Part shown: one piece after another, positions 39,008-51,850 of the stretch
How positions within the stretch are numbered: position 1 is the first letter of the stretch
Layout: each line of letters opens with the position of its first letter
Source: Selaginella moellendorffii
Lineage: Eukaryota; Plantae; Lycopodiophyta
NCBI RefSeq assembly: GCF_000143415.4
Contig: NW_003314281.1
Span: 180,417-244,416 of the forward strand
DNA: 64,000 bases
Direction of reading: 5' to 3'
Notes under the pieces: generated by a model
Told to the model about the DNA's origin: nothing
The model's input: only the letters and a program-made list of their open reading frames with translations
The model's database searches: none
Made by a program: the position numbers and the translations under genes

Positions 39008-42000
39008 CTACGAGAAAAGCTTGAAGAAAGTAACGAAGTAACTCACCTCCTCTTCTTTATAGTTTGCATTGACTAACTCATCAACCCCTTTAGTTTCACC
39101 ACCACTGTCTTCCTTCATGACATTAATAAAAGATCTTATCTTATACTTATTAGGACATTCTAAGGACCTATGTCTTATCTCTCCATAATAGAAGTAATGA
39201 CCCACACTACCTATTCTGCTAGGAGCATGTTTCATAAGTTGCTATTGCTTGTACCTACATGGAGGAGAGGGCCTAGGACTAAAAAAAGTTGTTGGTGGTC
39301 ACCAACCACCACCTTTATTAATTGTTGCTTGTGAGCCTCTAGGGTAGAAACCCTTTATTTCTGATCACCTTATTTATTTCTAGAGTTCTTATTCTTGTCC
39401 GAGGTACTAGCATACAGTTGCTGATACTGTTCCATGAGGGAGTGACTAAAGGCAACTTGTTGTGCTACCTCTTTATAGTCTAGGTACGTCTTCAACTTAA
39501 AATTCAAAATCTCATTGCGAGAAAGTGAATTTAAACCTTCTAGGAAATAGCTTTGAGCATCTTCATCATTCATATTTGCAATTATAATGCATTTCTAAGC
39601 AAACACATTAATGTAATGCATAAGGTCCCCTCACTGCTTTAACCACTGCAACTCCGTACAAAGTCTCAGACCAAGACTGTCCGACAAGTATTCCTTACAG
39701 ATGTGAGACTGCATTTTGGTCCAACTTCTAGTCTGCCCTTTTTCAGCATATAGCTAGCGCCACTATGTTTTGGCATGATCGGTGAAAAAGGATTATGTGC
39801 ACATAACTTTCGTATAATCATCTATGTCTGCCACTATGAAATAATTTTCCATATTGTAGACCTAATCTTCTAAAACCTAATAGTCCTACATACCTTTAAA
39901 ATTTGGTGGTTTCCAAGGTTTAAACTTTGAAACTCAATGCAACCGGGGGCAGTTGTAGAAATTCATCATCCTCAGAACTTAAAGAAGAGTCCGGTTGCTT
40001 AAGTTTAACTGGTTTAGCTGCCTTAGTTTCTTTCTTCCTTTTTTTATTCTCCTCCTTCAATTTGCAAATTTCCCTTCGCTAATTCTTGATCTCAACTTTT
40101 TGAGCCGTACGCTGTAGTGCTATAACATCTGGCTCTTCCTCTTTTAACTCAACCTCAATCTCTTCCACAGCATCTTTAGCAAGAGTTTTCTCCTCTTGAT
40201 TTCCCCATCTAAAGGTTTTAGCATATTCAGCACAGTTCCTTTTCACCATCTCATTAGCTGCATGCATACCTCTATTAGTAATTGAATATGTATACAACGT
40301 TCTTACCGAATGGTGCAATCTAATTAATCCTACACAAGTTGCTTCAATTCTAATATAAAAGTCTCTACATATGCAACTTGAGTCAGAAAATTTGACAAAA
40401 GTTGGATAGGAATCGTTGAGATAATTCCTTTGATACAAAATGTAACACATTTAAATTTAAAGCCAAACTCCAAGCTCATTACACTACGAAACAAGGGTCT
40501 AGTACACTTACAATCCCATGAGCACTAGCTCCCCATATCTAACTCCCCACTCCCCCCTCCCATGAGGAACACACGCTTTGGGCTTTCACCCTTAGTACCA
40601 AGATTTAATCTCTAGGACAAGTGTGAAACTTACTAAATATGGAATGGTGCTAGATCACAAATCCGAAAGTAAAAAATAACACCATATGGTTTAGGACACT
40701 CTCTACATTCTGTAAATATGCCTTTTGGGCAGATTTAGACACTTACTATAAATAGCATATGGATCTGGAATGGAACCAACATGTAGGGCATAATAGCAAA
40801 AGTGTTTGGTAGATACGGTAAACTATTATGTAGTGATATTAAGGGACTAGGTTTAATATGTGAAGGTTCTTACCAAGCCAATGCAAGACATAACAAAATA
40901 GAACTAACAAAATGGGCTAAATATGTTTAGCTAAATAGACACTTAGGAACTCCTTCTTCATGCTCATCCGGCTAAGTACAAATGCTAAATCTAGTTTACT
41001 AACACTTGGACAAAACGGGCTAATAAAGGGAACTAACAATACTAACCTCTTGGTATTATGGTAGTAAGAAGAGAGTGTCTGTAAGGACTAGCTAACAAAT
41101 ATCTTTAGATACTTGATGTTACATTTATGACAATTATCTACCTCCCTATTAGATGTGTTTATCCTTAATTTAGGTTTAAAGCCCAAGCTCTATACCATAT
41201 TAGCTGATGAAGTATTTATATTCTCATATGAGGCCACTAATATATTGAAATTGCAATTGACTCTATTTAGCTCTAACTTCATTTTGAGTGCTAATCTTGG
41301 TATTAGGAATGATATGCATTATAAATAAGGCCAAGATTAAAGAGGATGACAATGGGATAAAACAAACAATACAATAATGCAAAAAATCTAACTAATGTCA
41401 TCTACATATATAGGGATGATAAATTATCTAAACATATAGGGGTTACAAACTATAAGTGGCCTTAGTGGCTAAATTTAGCATTACTATAGTGTTAAAAGGG
41501 GAACAATAAATGCATGTACAAAATTAATTCAAAGAGAAGTAACTTGCAACCATCAACAATGAATTCTTAATGGAATTTAGCAATGTTTATAAACCCATCT
41601 AAGAGAAGACATAGCTGGAAAGGAAGAGGATAAAGGGTGCTACTCAACAAGCACTAAAAACATATATTACAACTAAAAAATATATCTTTAATATTTTCTA
41701 TAAACAACCTTTTTTGCAAAAGCTAAAAACATGGTTGTGTGGTGAAAGTGGTTATATCCTTTACTTCTTCACTGGCAGAAGGGCTTGGTTGAAATGCTTT
41801 TAGATTAGATTGTGATTGGAAATCTCTTAAAGATACCCCACATGAAGGTTGTAGTTGAGTTTATGAAGAAGCATCCAGAGTATTATAACATGCATGTTAA
41901 GAGAAGCTAACTATTATATCAAAAGTAACCTAGTACTTATATATGTGTGGATTCTGTATGGATTAAGATATAGTTATAATAATATAGCTAAATTATTATA

Positions 42001-42129
42001 TAATTTATACCAGATATTTTTTATTTTAATTTATTACACAAGAATATTCTTAGCATTCTCAAAGAACACATTCTATTAGAAACAGGGGGTTGGCAAAAAG
42101 GGAGGTATGTGAGATATAGTCTTTACTCA

Positions 42130-43260
42130 ACCTTACCCGACAGCAAAAGGAAGCACGATGAGAGTGAGCCTGTGCTATTTGCGGAGGCGATGAAGCAGAG
42201 CGCGTGGAAGGGAGGGTTTTGCGTCTAAGAGAGCCCTCCCGACGACGATGGCATGGTAACTTTCTAAAGTTTTTTCACTCGTGAGGTTTTAGAATGCCTT
42301 TTTTTTCACATCCAGCCTCGAGCTAGAGCGAAATGGCGGCCATACGAGTGTCATGCCCCTGTTTTGCCAGGGGCTCCAGCTTTTACCCAGACAAGGTTGT
42401 AAGTTTTGTTCTTCTTTATAGACTCGTACAAAACAATGTGATCGAAGGTTGCACCATGACTAACTTCGTTGGTGACAGGAATTCTCTGACCCGATCAAGT
42501 ACGGCAGCATTGTGCCTCCGTGCACTCTGGAAGATGAAGCTAGATCTGGAATGGTGAAGTTCACCGTTCGCAAGCAGAAAATTCACAAGTTTCAGGAAAG
42601 AATGCAGCAGTGTAGCAGTGGTTCCTCCTCAGTGCCCTTTGCATTCCAGGCAAGCCCTTCTATGCCACTCCCAGAGTTTAGAGCGTACGCTGAGGCCTTC
42701 AAGAAGGGCAACTGACGAATGGCTGACGGCGGCCTCCATGGAGGAATTTGAAGGGGTGTACTGGTGCGTCGTGGAGTGTCCGACGGAGCAAGTCGAGGTA
42801 GTGTCTCTCTCTTTTCTTTTTTACTTTCTGGAGCTGCTAAACTTGGATGAACAGGTAATTTATAGTGGATTTGGATACAGCAAAGGTTGGGACTGGATTT
42901 CCTATGGCCAAACCAGGACCTGTAGAAAGTGGCGCTTACGAGAAGTCAGGTTGGAACCTGCAAGAGCCCCCGGATCAATTAGTTAATCAATTATCATTAA
43001 TGACAATTAATCATCACTAATGATCACCAGATGTAAACACCAACTTAAATATTGGAACTAATGATACAAATAACTGTTATTAAATAAAATAATAAGCATG
43101 AAACTCAAAAAATCAAAAATTTAAAAAAGTCTATAACCGAGGGGAAAAAGTTTGGTACAGTGTTGCGAGAAGTTCTGCAACTATGCTGGAGGACACCATA
43201 GAAGAGACACCTGCCAGATTTGTTTATGAACCAGGTAAGTTCTTCTCTATTTAAGCGTTA
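42130..43260 (+). pseudogene. Inverted, degenerate copy of the JmjC gene 5' half, with introns, stops and deletions
   Basis: GCGGAGGCGATGAAGCAGAGCGCGTGGAAGGGAGGGTTTTGCGTC, KFTVRKQKIHK, ECPTEQVEV and MLEDT match 17.9-19.2 kb. Confidence 0.9.
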
Positions 43261-43374
43261 GCACAAATTTGTGCCTGGAATGCCCGAAAGTCACTTGAAG
43301 TCAAGGCATGTCTGCCAGAGTGGCTCTAATAGTGAGGCTTAGTTGCAATGTTTGATTGTCATGTATGATTCCTG

Positions 43375-43880
43375 TCTTTGCGAAGTTTTCGATCTGGAAA
43401 AAGGGAAAAAGAGAGATTTTCTTTCTTTTGTTTGCAACTGCCTGTTGCTGTGGCTACCGGTGACGATGGCATGGTAATTTTCTACTCAGTTTTGCCGGAG
43501 GCTCCAGCTTTTTACCTGGACAAGAATGTAAGTGTTGTTGTTCTGGTCGAAGTTTCCAACGCCCTTTTTCTCTCTTGTGAAAAGATCGGGACGGACTGTT
43601 ATGTCGCGGAAGACCACAAGAAGCGCTCCAAGCGCTTCTGAGTCGGCTGGCGTTAAACCAGTATGTGCCAAGTTCTTCTCCATTTGGATCCTTTCCTGCA
43701 ATTCTCTGGGCAAAACAAAACCGAACGAAGAGGAGGCATGCTCGGTCAACATCTTCAAGTGTTTGCCGCCAGAAAGGAGTCCTGTCAGCCTTGGCTGCGT
43801 CTATGCAAGTCTTAACCGCTGCGAAGAGCAGTTTGTCGTGAGAAACAGCCGTGGACAACAGTCAATCGGAGCAAAGCTAA
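43375..43880. pseudogene. Further JmjC fragments: 43375-43535 (+, second copy of the 5' region) and about 43680-43880 (-, middle region)
   Basis: Matches to parent 18850-19100 (reverse complement) and 17385-17680 (direct), e.g. VSHDKLLFAAVK. Confidence 0.85.
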
Positions 43881-44071
43881 CCTGCGTCTGCGCGAAGTAC
43901 AGTACACAAGATTTTCTGGGCCTCTGTCATTTGATCGCTGGCATTCATCACGATTACGCCGCCCGTCTTTGTTATTCCACACTGTCAGTTTCGAGACTCC
44001 CAAGTTTCAAGGATACAAAACTTTAAGAAGCATACACCTCTTTCTTTAATTTTCCTTAGTTATATTTGATC

Positions 44072-45375
44072 TTAAGATACCATCTTTCCAAATTTTGTCT
44101 CGCTCTCTACTGTGGCCAGCACAGTGAAGCGACTATAGTCTCCAGCGAAAACGTCCCATAACGCCGATCCAAACGTCTCCTCGCTCGTCCCGGTCGAAGC
44201 TACCATCCAGATGCTGCCATTCCCGCCAGCTTCGACTTCCATCGCTCGATCCGTCTCCACGAATGCATCCTCCGCTGTCGCGGCACAGATCCCATCCGAG
44301 TTTCGGATGATCTCACACTTGAGCTTGGTGACCTTGATGCTGAAAGTGTTTCTGTTCTCGAGCTTCATGCAAACTTTAGCGATGGGTCGGCCCAGCTCGT
44401 CGAAGTTGAACGAGGCGGCTTGGATCTTGGCGGTGGATCTGGCTGGCACGGGGAGCTCACCAGTCTTTTCAGCCGAAACCTTGTACATGCCGTGGAAGTT
44501 CTCCTTGAACCAGTACTCGAGCTTGACGGAGTACGGCACCACTGTTCCTGGTTCCAGCCCCCCGTGCTCACCCAAGTGATCCTTGAGCGAGAAAGTGTAC
44601 GGTATCGTCACCTTTCGTGACGATCGAGCCGAGAGCGTCATGTTGTGGTCGATCCTCTGAACATCGAGGAGCTTGTTGTTCATCTCCATGGAAACGTTCG
44701 TGTAGACAAGCTGGAAATCCAGAAGTTTACATGAGAAAAAATAAGAGAACTCGTCTATACCTGGATTGGAAGAGGATTCCCATTCTTGACTCGAGCTTCA
44801 AGGCTGAGCATGACCTCGTCCGGAGTGATTCTCACGAAGCGCGATCCATTGAGCATCCCTGTGGGAGGAACAAAGTTGCGGAGCTTCCCAATGCCAAGCT
44901 TGTCATCGACAATGGTGAGGAACTGCTTTAGCTTGGAGATGGTGATGGCAAACATCCCACGGATGACCTCGAAACAATTCACCCTCGCTCGAATCGTGAA
45001 TGGAATAATCCTTCCTGCGCTTCCACTCCTGCTGGGATTCCCAGGTCCACTGTTTCCCGGTGGCTTGACGTTCTTGTAAGCAAACTGGAGGGGCACCTTG
45101 ATCACTTCAGAAGTTCGAGGCTGAATTGCGCAGGAGTGCTGGACCTGCTTGACGATCACCGGGTGATCTTCGGAGCTTACAGCCAGATCTTCGACCAGAA
45201 ACTCAATGTCCACCAGATGTAGAGCTTCAGGGTTTGGATTGTCTACTTCCAGATCCACATCCATGTCGACTTGCTCGTCCATTATAGACTTGACACACAT
45301 TCCAACTATCTCAGCTCTCGCTGAATCCTGCGAGACTACGAGAACATCACACTTACCCGTGTCATTCATTGCCAT
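44072..45375 (-). CDS. LEA_2/WHy-domain (LEA14-like) protein with apparently three domains; exons 45375-44761 and 44710-44072
   Basis: LEVDNPNPEALHL, ARVKNGNPLPIQL and MKLENRNTFSIKV (NPN-type motifs). The GT-AG intron keeps frame. A further short 3' exon is possible. Confidence 0.75.
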
Positions 45376-46468
45376 ATTAATCGATAAAACGCTTGCTACA
45401 CAATTTCCTCACGTTGGACATTACACCGATTTATATATCTGAGCGTGTAGTTCTCTATAAGCTTTCCTGGATCCCTTCCTTGATTGCTGAGCAATGGCAA
45501 GGAATCGCTAAACTTACAAGTTAAATTGGTGTGAGACTTTTTGCAAACTGAGATATATCTAAAATATGCTTGAATATTTTAGAATATTCTACTATCTAAC
45601 GGTTGTTAGGTTAATGTTTATAATTTATAAATTTCCTAAACACTTCCTAGTATATTCTAGTTTATTCTACCATCTAGATATTTAATAAGATTAATTTTGA
45701 GTTTATAGATTATAAAATTTCAACTGATAAATTTGATTAATAAATAATAAACACTACTATTAAGAAAACCAAATATTGCTGCATTCAAGGAATAAAAAAT
45801 GTTTTTCTTAAGTAAAATATATAGAAACTCTAAAACTTTTTTGCAAATTCTTACATGAGTAAACATATTGTCATTATGCTCTAAACAATAGTAATGGAAA
45901 TTTTTTAGATAGATTATCCATAGATAACTATAACATATGTAACTATATTATTCCTAAATTAATGGAGTAATAATAACATTTAAATTAACATATGAACGTC
46001 TTAAAAATTTTAAAAATACTATACTACTTGTTAAATGTGATGCAACTGTAATAGAATCTTTTAGTGGTGAAACATTATCTCAATATCTTGTAAAATATTT
46101 CAAAGTATTGAAAAAAAGTTAAAATTTAGCAAGATTGCTTATTTTGGTGGTATGGATATGAAAATTTTTAACTTTTCTTTTAAATATGTTACTAGAAATC
46201 ATCATAATAAGTTTATTCAAAAACTAAATTAAATTAAATTTAAAATTATTATAAAATAAATATTTTAGAATTTCACTGTGAATTAATATTTATTATAAAA
46301 TAATAAATCATCATATTGAAATTGGATAGATATTTATTTATTAGAAATAGTATAAAACCTCCAAATGAAAATTTAATCTTAACATTAAACCTATCTGCAT
46401 GCTAGTGTTAACAAATATAGAAAATAGTAAAGAGATATGAAATAGTAGTTTTCATGAATTTATTGAAT

Positions 46469-47818
46469 ATGGTCAATTCCAAATAAAGCAACTCTTATTT
46501 TGTTTAACAGTCATTATTGTATAGTAAATACTAAAGCCATGCATTATAAATACTACTTTACTGGATAAAATAAGGTAATATTAAAATCTATAATATAGAA
46601 AAGTATGGAAAACATTGTAGTTAATGATTTATTGTTTTCATGCTTTCATGTTATAAATTGCAATAGCTCTTATTTATAGCAAGCAATTTGTAATGAAAGC
46701 TTTTGTGGGGAGGTATACTTAGGGTGGGTGGGTTAACAAAAAATTATAGCAATCTTCTAAATATATGAAAAAAAAACACATATATATGCTTAAATTGTTG
46801 TAATACATGTGTGACTTATTAAATAATATTTTGACAACTTTTCTTTTACACATAGGCATGCATTGTTGCCTACAATATATGCATAGCAAAGTCTAAATAT
46901 ACATTTTTTTGCATTGCATAAATATTAACTCTACATCAGTTTTTTTAACACATTAGTAAGGTTTAGACTTATGGCTTTTGAACATGATGTTTTCCAATGG
47001 GTAAATTAAATTTTTGAGTATATTTTGGATATTATAGGTTAAGTTTGCCATTGCTATATGATTGGGGTTATTTCTTTGGTGAAGGTAATGATATGCTTAT
47101 GACTAATTTATACAGAAATTAACATTTACATGTTTGCTAAAGGAACAAAAATTGGTGGCCATGACCAAAAAGCACTAATTAAACACTCCATTATAATGTG
47201 TGATGTTGTGACAAGACAAAAATCTTTCATTCAATACCTCAATTTTGGTGATGGTACTTATTGTCCTATTACTCCATAAATCACTTTGGTGATGGTATTT
47301 ATTGACCTATTGCTCTACAGATCAGTCATGAATTTCATCTTTACATGATATTGTAAAAGGAAAAGAAAAGTTCTAGAATATTTATCTCATATAATATAAA
47401 TTACCACTATATACTTGCTTACATAAAACTTGTGTTGCATACTTTTTTGTGTAAAACCTTTGTTAAATTTGTGATGACATCATGTTATATAGGATAATGT
47501 GGCAATTTAAGGTGTCATGCCTTATGTTTACATAGCATACTCCATGATAAAATGTTATACAAACAATTATGTTTTGATTGTTTATAAAGTAATTGAAAAG
47601 TGATTGTGTATGTAATATTTTTGCATGCAACTCAAAATAAAAATAAATAAAACCACACATGTAAATATATAATGCTCCCATGCATAATCACATATTTATT
47701 GCCATACTTATTAAAGATATTATTAATACTTACTTTGTTTTATTAATAAATGGCTATTTAATGTATATTTAAGCTAGCATTAATAATGTGCTAGAGTTTT
47801 TTATTTGGAATTGACCAT
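46469..47818. mobile_element. AT-rich non-autonomous TIR element (MITE-like)
   Basis: ATGGTCAATTCCAAATAAA at 46469 and its inverse TTTATTTGGAATTGACCAT ending at 47818. Internal ~42-bp duplication near 47243-47325. No clear TSD. Confidence 0.6.
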
Positions 47819-48049
47819 CTTTGATAAACTAAGAAATGCATTCAGAATAAAAAGTGACAAGGAAGTGCTACATTTATTTACTAAATTGTATCTTTGGAAA
47901 CCTAAATTCTACTGTTAAATTAGATTTTTTATTTGGAAATTTAAATAAAATAAGTAACAATATTCTTTTTTTATTTATAAATAATTTACTGCTATAATTA
48001 AATTTTGAAGAGTTAAACAATAAAATCTTCTGTTTTTAAGTAACGTTTA

Positions 48050-50200
48050 TTATTGTTGAGAACATTTATGACCATAGATACTAGACATCAACACGTACGT
48101 TGCCCCTTCTTTCTCATCGATTCTCAGTAACTCATCGTACGCTAGCTGTCCTACGGCCACATTGTTCCACTTGTTACACGCGCCTAGCAGCGTCGTCCAC
48201 GCGAAAGCATCGGCTTTAACCGGCATGGAGTCCAATACCTCAGCGGCCAGCTCCAGCTCGTTTGCTCGGCCAAGCATATCGATCAAGCAGGTGTAGTGCT
48301 CCACGTCCGGCTTGATTCCAAACTTTGGGGAGCTCATCGCCTGGAACACCATCCTGCCCCTGTCCACCAGACCAGCGTGAGCACAAGCGCTCAAGACCGA
48401 ATTGAATGTGAGCTTGTCGGCCTGCAACCCCTCCAGGAGCATCTGGTCGAAGAGATGGAAGACAAGATCACTGTCGCCCAGTCGGCTATATCCTGCTATG
48501 AGCGATGTCCAGGTGACCGAGTCCATCGCCGTTGCTAGAGCAGTGAAGAGCTCGTGAGCCTCGGACATGCGACCGCATCTTCCATAAGTGTCTACTAAAG
48601 AGTTGCTCATCACTGCCGAGCTCTCCATGCCGACCCTGCAAACCTCTGCGTGGATTTTCCTCGCGGCACCCGCGGCCATCATGCCACCACAGGCCTTGAG
48701 CGCCGCTATAAAGCTGAGAGAATCCGGTTCCAAGCCTTCTCCATCTCCATCCTTGGACTTCATGCGGAAGAACAGCTCTAGAGCCTGATCTTCCTCCCTG
48801 TTTTCCACATAGCCGAGCATCATCGCGTTGTGGACCGCTACTGTGCGTTGAGGCATCGCGTCGAAGACCTTGCGAGCGTCTGGCATGCTGCCACACTTGG
48901 CGTACAAGTTCACCAAGCTGGTCGAGAGAAACAAGACCGAGTCGTAGCCAGAGTTTGCTGCTCGGGAGTGGATAGCTCTCCCTGCGTCGAGAGACTTGCT
49001 CTTCACAAGCTTGCCGGCGACCATCTTGCCTTCCTCTCTGGATGATAGCCCTGTGCAGGCCTTGATCGCAGCAACATACGTGATAGAACACCCCTTGAGT
49101 GTCATGCTTGACACCAAGTCGAGAACCATCTCTTCCTCCGAGTTCTCGCCATATCCCAGCACCAAAACGTTCCAAAGCACCAGGTCATGGCAAGGCATCC
49201 TATCGAAGACCGTCCGAGCATCTCTCATGCTCCCACACTTTGCGTACATGGCGATCAAGCCGCTTGTGACGAGCATGTTTTTGTCACACTTGTTCTTCAC
49301 AGCGAGGGAGTGGACGCGCATTCCCTTCTCCAGCGATTCAACCTTGATCGCAACTCTCCCATTTCCCAGCATCCTGCCTCCTTCCTTCGCTGCCATCGCC
49401 GCGCAAGCCTTGAGAGCAGCAACAAAAGTCAGATAATTCGGAGAACACTCCATCCTAGAAGCGAGAAACAACTGCAAAGCCATCTCACCTTCGCCATTGT
49501 CAACGTATCCGAGCAGCAGCGCGTTCCAAGACACCACGTCCTTGTCCACCATCGCCTCAAAAACTCTTCGAGCTTCCACCATGCTCCCACACTTCGCATA
49601 CATATCCACCAGCGAGTTCATGAGATAGCTGTCGGAGCACCAGCCATTTCTTTCCGCTCGGTGATGGATCCCAGTCCCGATCTGGAGAGACTCCACCTTG
49701 ACAAGCCTTCCATCCTCGAGTTTCTTCCACTCTTCTTTGGCAGCCAAAGTCGTGCAAGCCTTGAGAGCCGCCACAAAAGTTCGAGCGTTGGCTTCCTCGT
49801 GAGCGGCGGCAAAGAGCTTCATAGCCAGCTCTTCCTGTCCATTCTCCGCCAGCGCCATCATCAGCGCGTTCCAGGAGACGATGTCATGGACCGGCATTCT
49901 CTGGAAGACGCTGCGCGCATTCTCCAGGCTCCCACACTTGGCATACATGTTGATAATGCTGCTCCCCACGTAGAAATCGAGCTTCTCCACGCTATCGATC
50001 ACCCGCGAGTGTAGAAACCTGCCGGCGTCCAAGTCCCGCGTGACGCCACACGCCTTGAGGGCCGCCAGAAAGAGCTGAGCTCTCGAACTGGGGATTTCCT
50101 TTCGAGAGCTCTCCCATCTCTCCAAGATGAGATTCTTGACAACCCTGCTCGTCGTGACCAGCGGACAGGAGCCTCTCCCCAAATGCATGCCCCGATTCAC
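48050..50200 (-). CDS. PLS-class pentatricopeptide repeat protein with partial E domain and no DYW; first in-frame ATG at 50188
   Basis: Repeated MYAKCGS..ARxVFxxM..DxVSWNAL, TFVAALKAC, SACAHAGLV, EHYTCLIDMLGRA and WTTLLGAC. Intronless. Confidence 0.93.
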   Translation of the reverse strand: MNRGMHLGRGSCPLVTTSRVVKNLILERWESSRKEIPSSRAQLFLAALKACGVTRDLDAGRFLHSRVIDSVEKLDFYVGSSIINMYAKCGSLENARSVFQRMPVHDIVSWNALMMALAENGQEELAMKLFAAAHEEANARTFVAALKACTTLAAKEEWKKLEDGRLVKVESLQIGTGIHHRAERNGWCSDSYLMNSLVDMYAKCGSMVEARRVFEAMVDKDVVSWNALLLGYVDNGEGEMALQLFLASRMECSPNYLTFVAALKACAAMAAKEGGRMLGNGRVAIKVESLEKGMRVHSLAVKNKCDKNMLVTSGLIAMYAKCGSMRDARTVFDRMPCHDLVLWNVLVLGYGENSEEEMVLDLVSSMTLKGCSITYVAAIKACTGLSSREEGKMVAGKLVKSKSLDAGRAIHSRAANSGYDSVLFLSTSLVNLYAKCGSMPDARKVFDAMPQRTVAVHNAMMLGYVENREEDQALELFFRMKSKDGDGEGLEPDSLSFIAALKACGGMMAAGAARKIHAEVCRVGMESSAVMSNSLVDTYGRCGRMSEAHELFTALATAMDSVTWTSLIAGYSRLGDSDLVFHLFDQMLLEGLQADKLTFNSVLSACAHAGLVDRGRMVFQAMSSPKFGIKPDVEHYTCLIDMLGRANELELAAEVLDSMPVKADAFAWTTLLGACNKWNNVAVGQLAYDELLRIDEKEGATYVLMSSIYGHKCSQQ

Positions 50201-50879
50201 GAAAATCGGCCGCCCCTCGCGAGAATCTCATCCTCAGACGCGAAACCACACCTGCTCTCATTGTAGATCATCTGGCGAATCCCGGATGAGTCGAAATCAT
50301 CGCATTCTTGGACGGATCCGGGGGGCGAGGCGCTCTTACCTAGCTCAAGAACCCTAACAAAATAGAAACGAAACTTTATACTAAAGGGAAAGGGTTATAC
50401 GATTTATAGTTGGCATCTTATTTATTGGTATTCGCATCTGGGATCTAGGCGACCAAAGAAAACATCTGGCTTGAGGGTTGGCAACGATCCACGAAAATGA
50501 AAAATGGAAAGAGGCTGTCGGCAATGTTTTGGGGAAATTAAAACGTTGCATGCGCTGCTCGTGATGAGCTTGGATAAAAGCTCAAATCAGGTTGACCTCC
50601 TTCCCAAGGTAAACTCTCCCAAGGATCCCAAAGATCACAGGATGCAATTAGCAAAGCATATAAAGTTCGTGCATTCTTTGTTCATTTCTAATCAGTGCTT
50701 TCTTCTGGATCTTGCCATGGCATTCTCTCCTGCAAAAGTTTTTCTTCGTGTCCAGATTTGTCATGCGTTCTGCAAGACGAAGGTACCACTTTTAGATCTG
50801 TAACAATCTTTTGGGCCAGCATTAACTAACGCAGCTTTGTATTTGACATAAAAGGTGTGTTTTGTTTTTTTTTTCCGGT

Positions 50880-51850
50880 GCTAAACAGGTCCATTTCAAG
50901 ATCACCATGGAAACCAGCAAGGAGAAAGTAATCAAAGCTTTTGTCAAGATTAATACTTACACTGGTAACCCTTCAAAGTTCTCCAAGGCTTGCAAGCTCG
51001 TTTTGCAGCTGCTTGATATGAAACATGGACTTCATTCTTTGAGATGCTTGAGGTTGCCATGAGTTCTCCAATTAAGGCCAACACAGTAGCTGTTCCAGTG
51101 GATTACCAGCAGCTCTTTCCGGCTGTGCAATACAAAATCAATGTAAGTAGCAACTTCAAGTGAGTTTCTTTCCTTTAGAACAGACAAAGTCTTTTTGGCA
51201 GTCCTTCGCTCCTTCACAGCAAAAACAAATCCAAGTGTGGGCTCGTTGGCCACAGCTCTGGAATGGCTTTTACACCGAAGACAATTGCAAGAAGAAAGCT
51301 AAAAAAGAGACTACCGGATGCATAAACTTGCAAAAGAACAGGAGAGAAGCCTTGAACGAGTGCTTGACAATAGCTGCGAAACGCTACAAGCAGGCATGGT
51401 AAGTAGTAGCTCCACCTCGTTTTGCTTTAATTCTGTCTGCCCCTGATGAGACGGCCACAATCCTCGAGGGCCAGCAGCGCACCTTGTCGGGGCATCGGAC
51501 GAAGCAGCTTCCTTGACTTGATGCCGAACAAGCAATCCAGCTCCATAATATAAGCCCAACCCAGATCGACCAGCATGAAACCATCGTTGCCAACAAGAAT
51601 TATGGACATCCCTTCTTGCATCCAACCAGGAAAAGGTCGACATCCATCCACGTCGAAAGCTACCCTGCACAGCTTGTCGCCATGGAGAACCATCTCTTCC
51701 ACAGACCACTTTCATGCAACAGCACCAAACTCGCGCTGCAGACTGAAGAAACCTTGGGAAACCAGCACTGGCAATCTAGACATGATACCTCTGTCACGTA
51801 AATCCCATAATGTGTCACCATTGGATTTAAGTCTAACATTGTTCTAGATG
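50880..51850 (+). pseudogene. Degenerate fragments resembling a conserved uncharacterised plant protein
   Basis: KVIKAFVKI..NPSKFSKACKLVLQLL and REALNECLTIAAKRYKQAW are protein-like but broken by stops and frameshifts. Family not named. Confidence 0.4.

Larger units (their letters stand above)
34340..41200 (-). mobile_element. Degenerate Ty3/Gypsy retrotransposon 2, truncated in integrase, hosting nested insertions
   Basis: Gag and zinc-knuckle remnants at 39.0-40.3 kb, VIIDTRATH protease, KKAFKTRY..MPFGLCNA..YIDD RT and EHHDVPVVGHSG integrase. PBS-like TGGTATAGAGC near 41187-41197. Confidence 0.85.
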
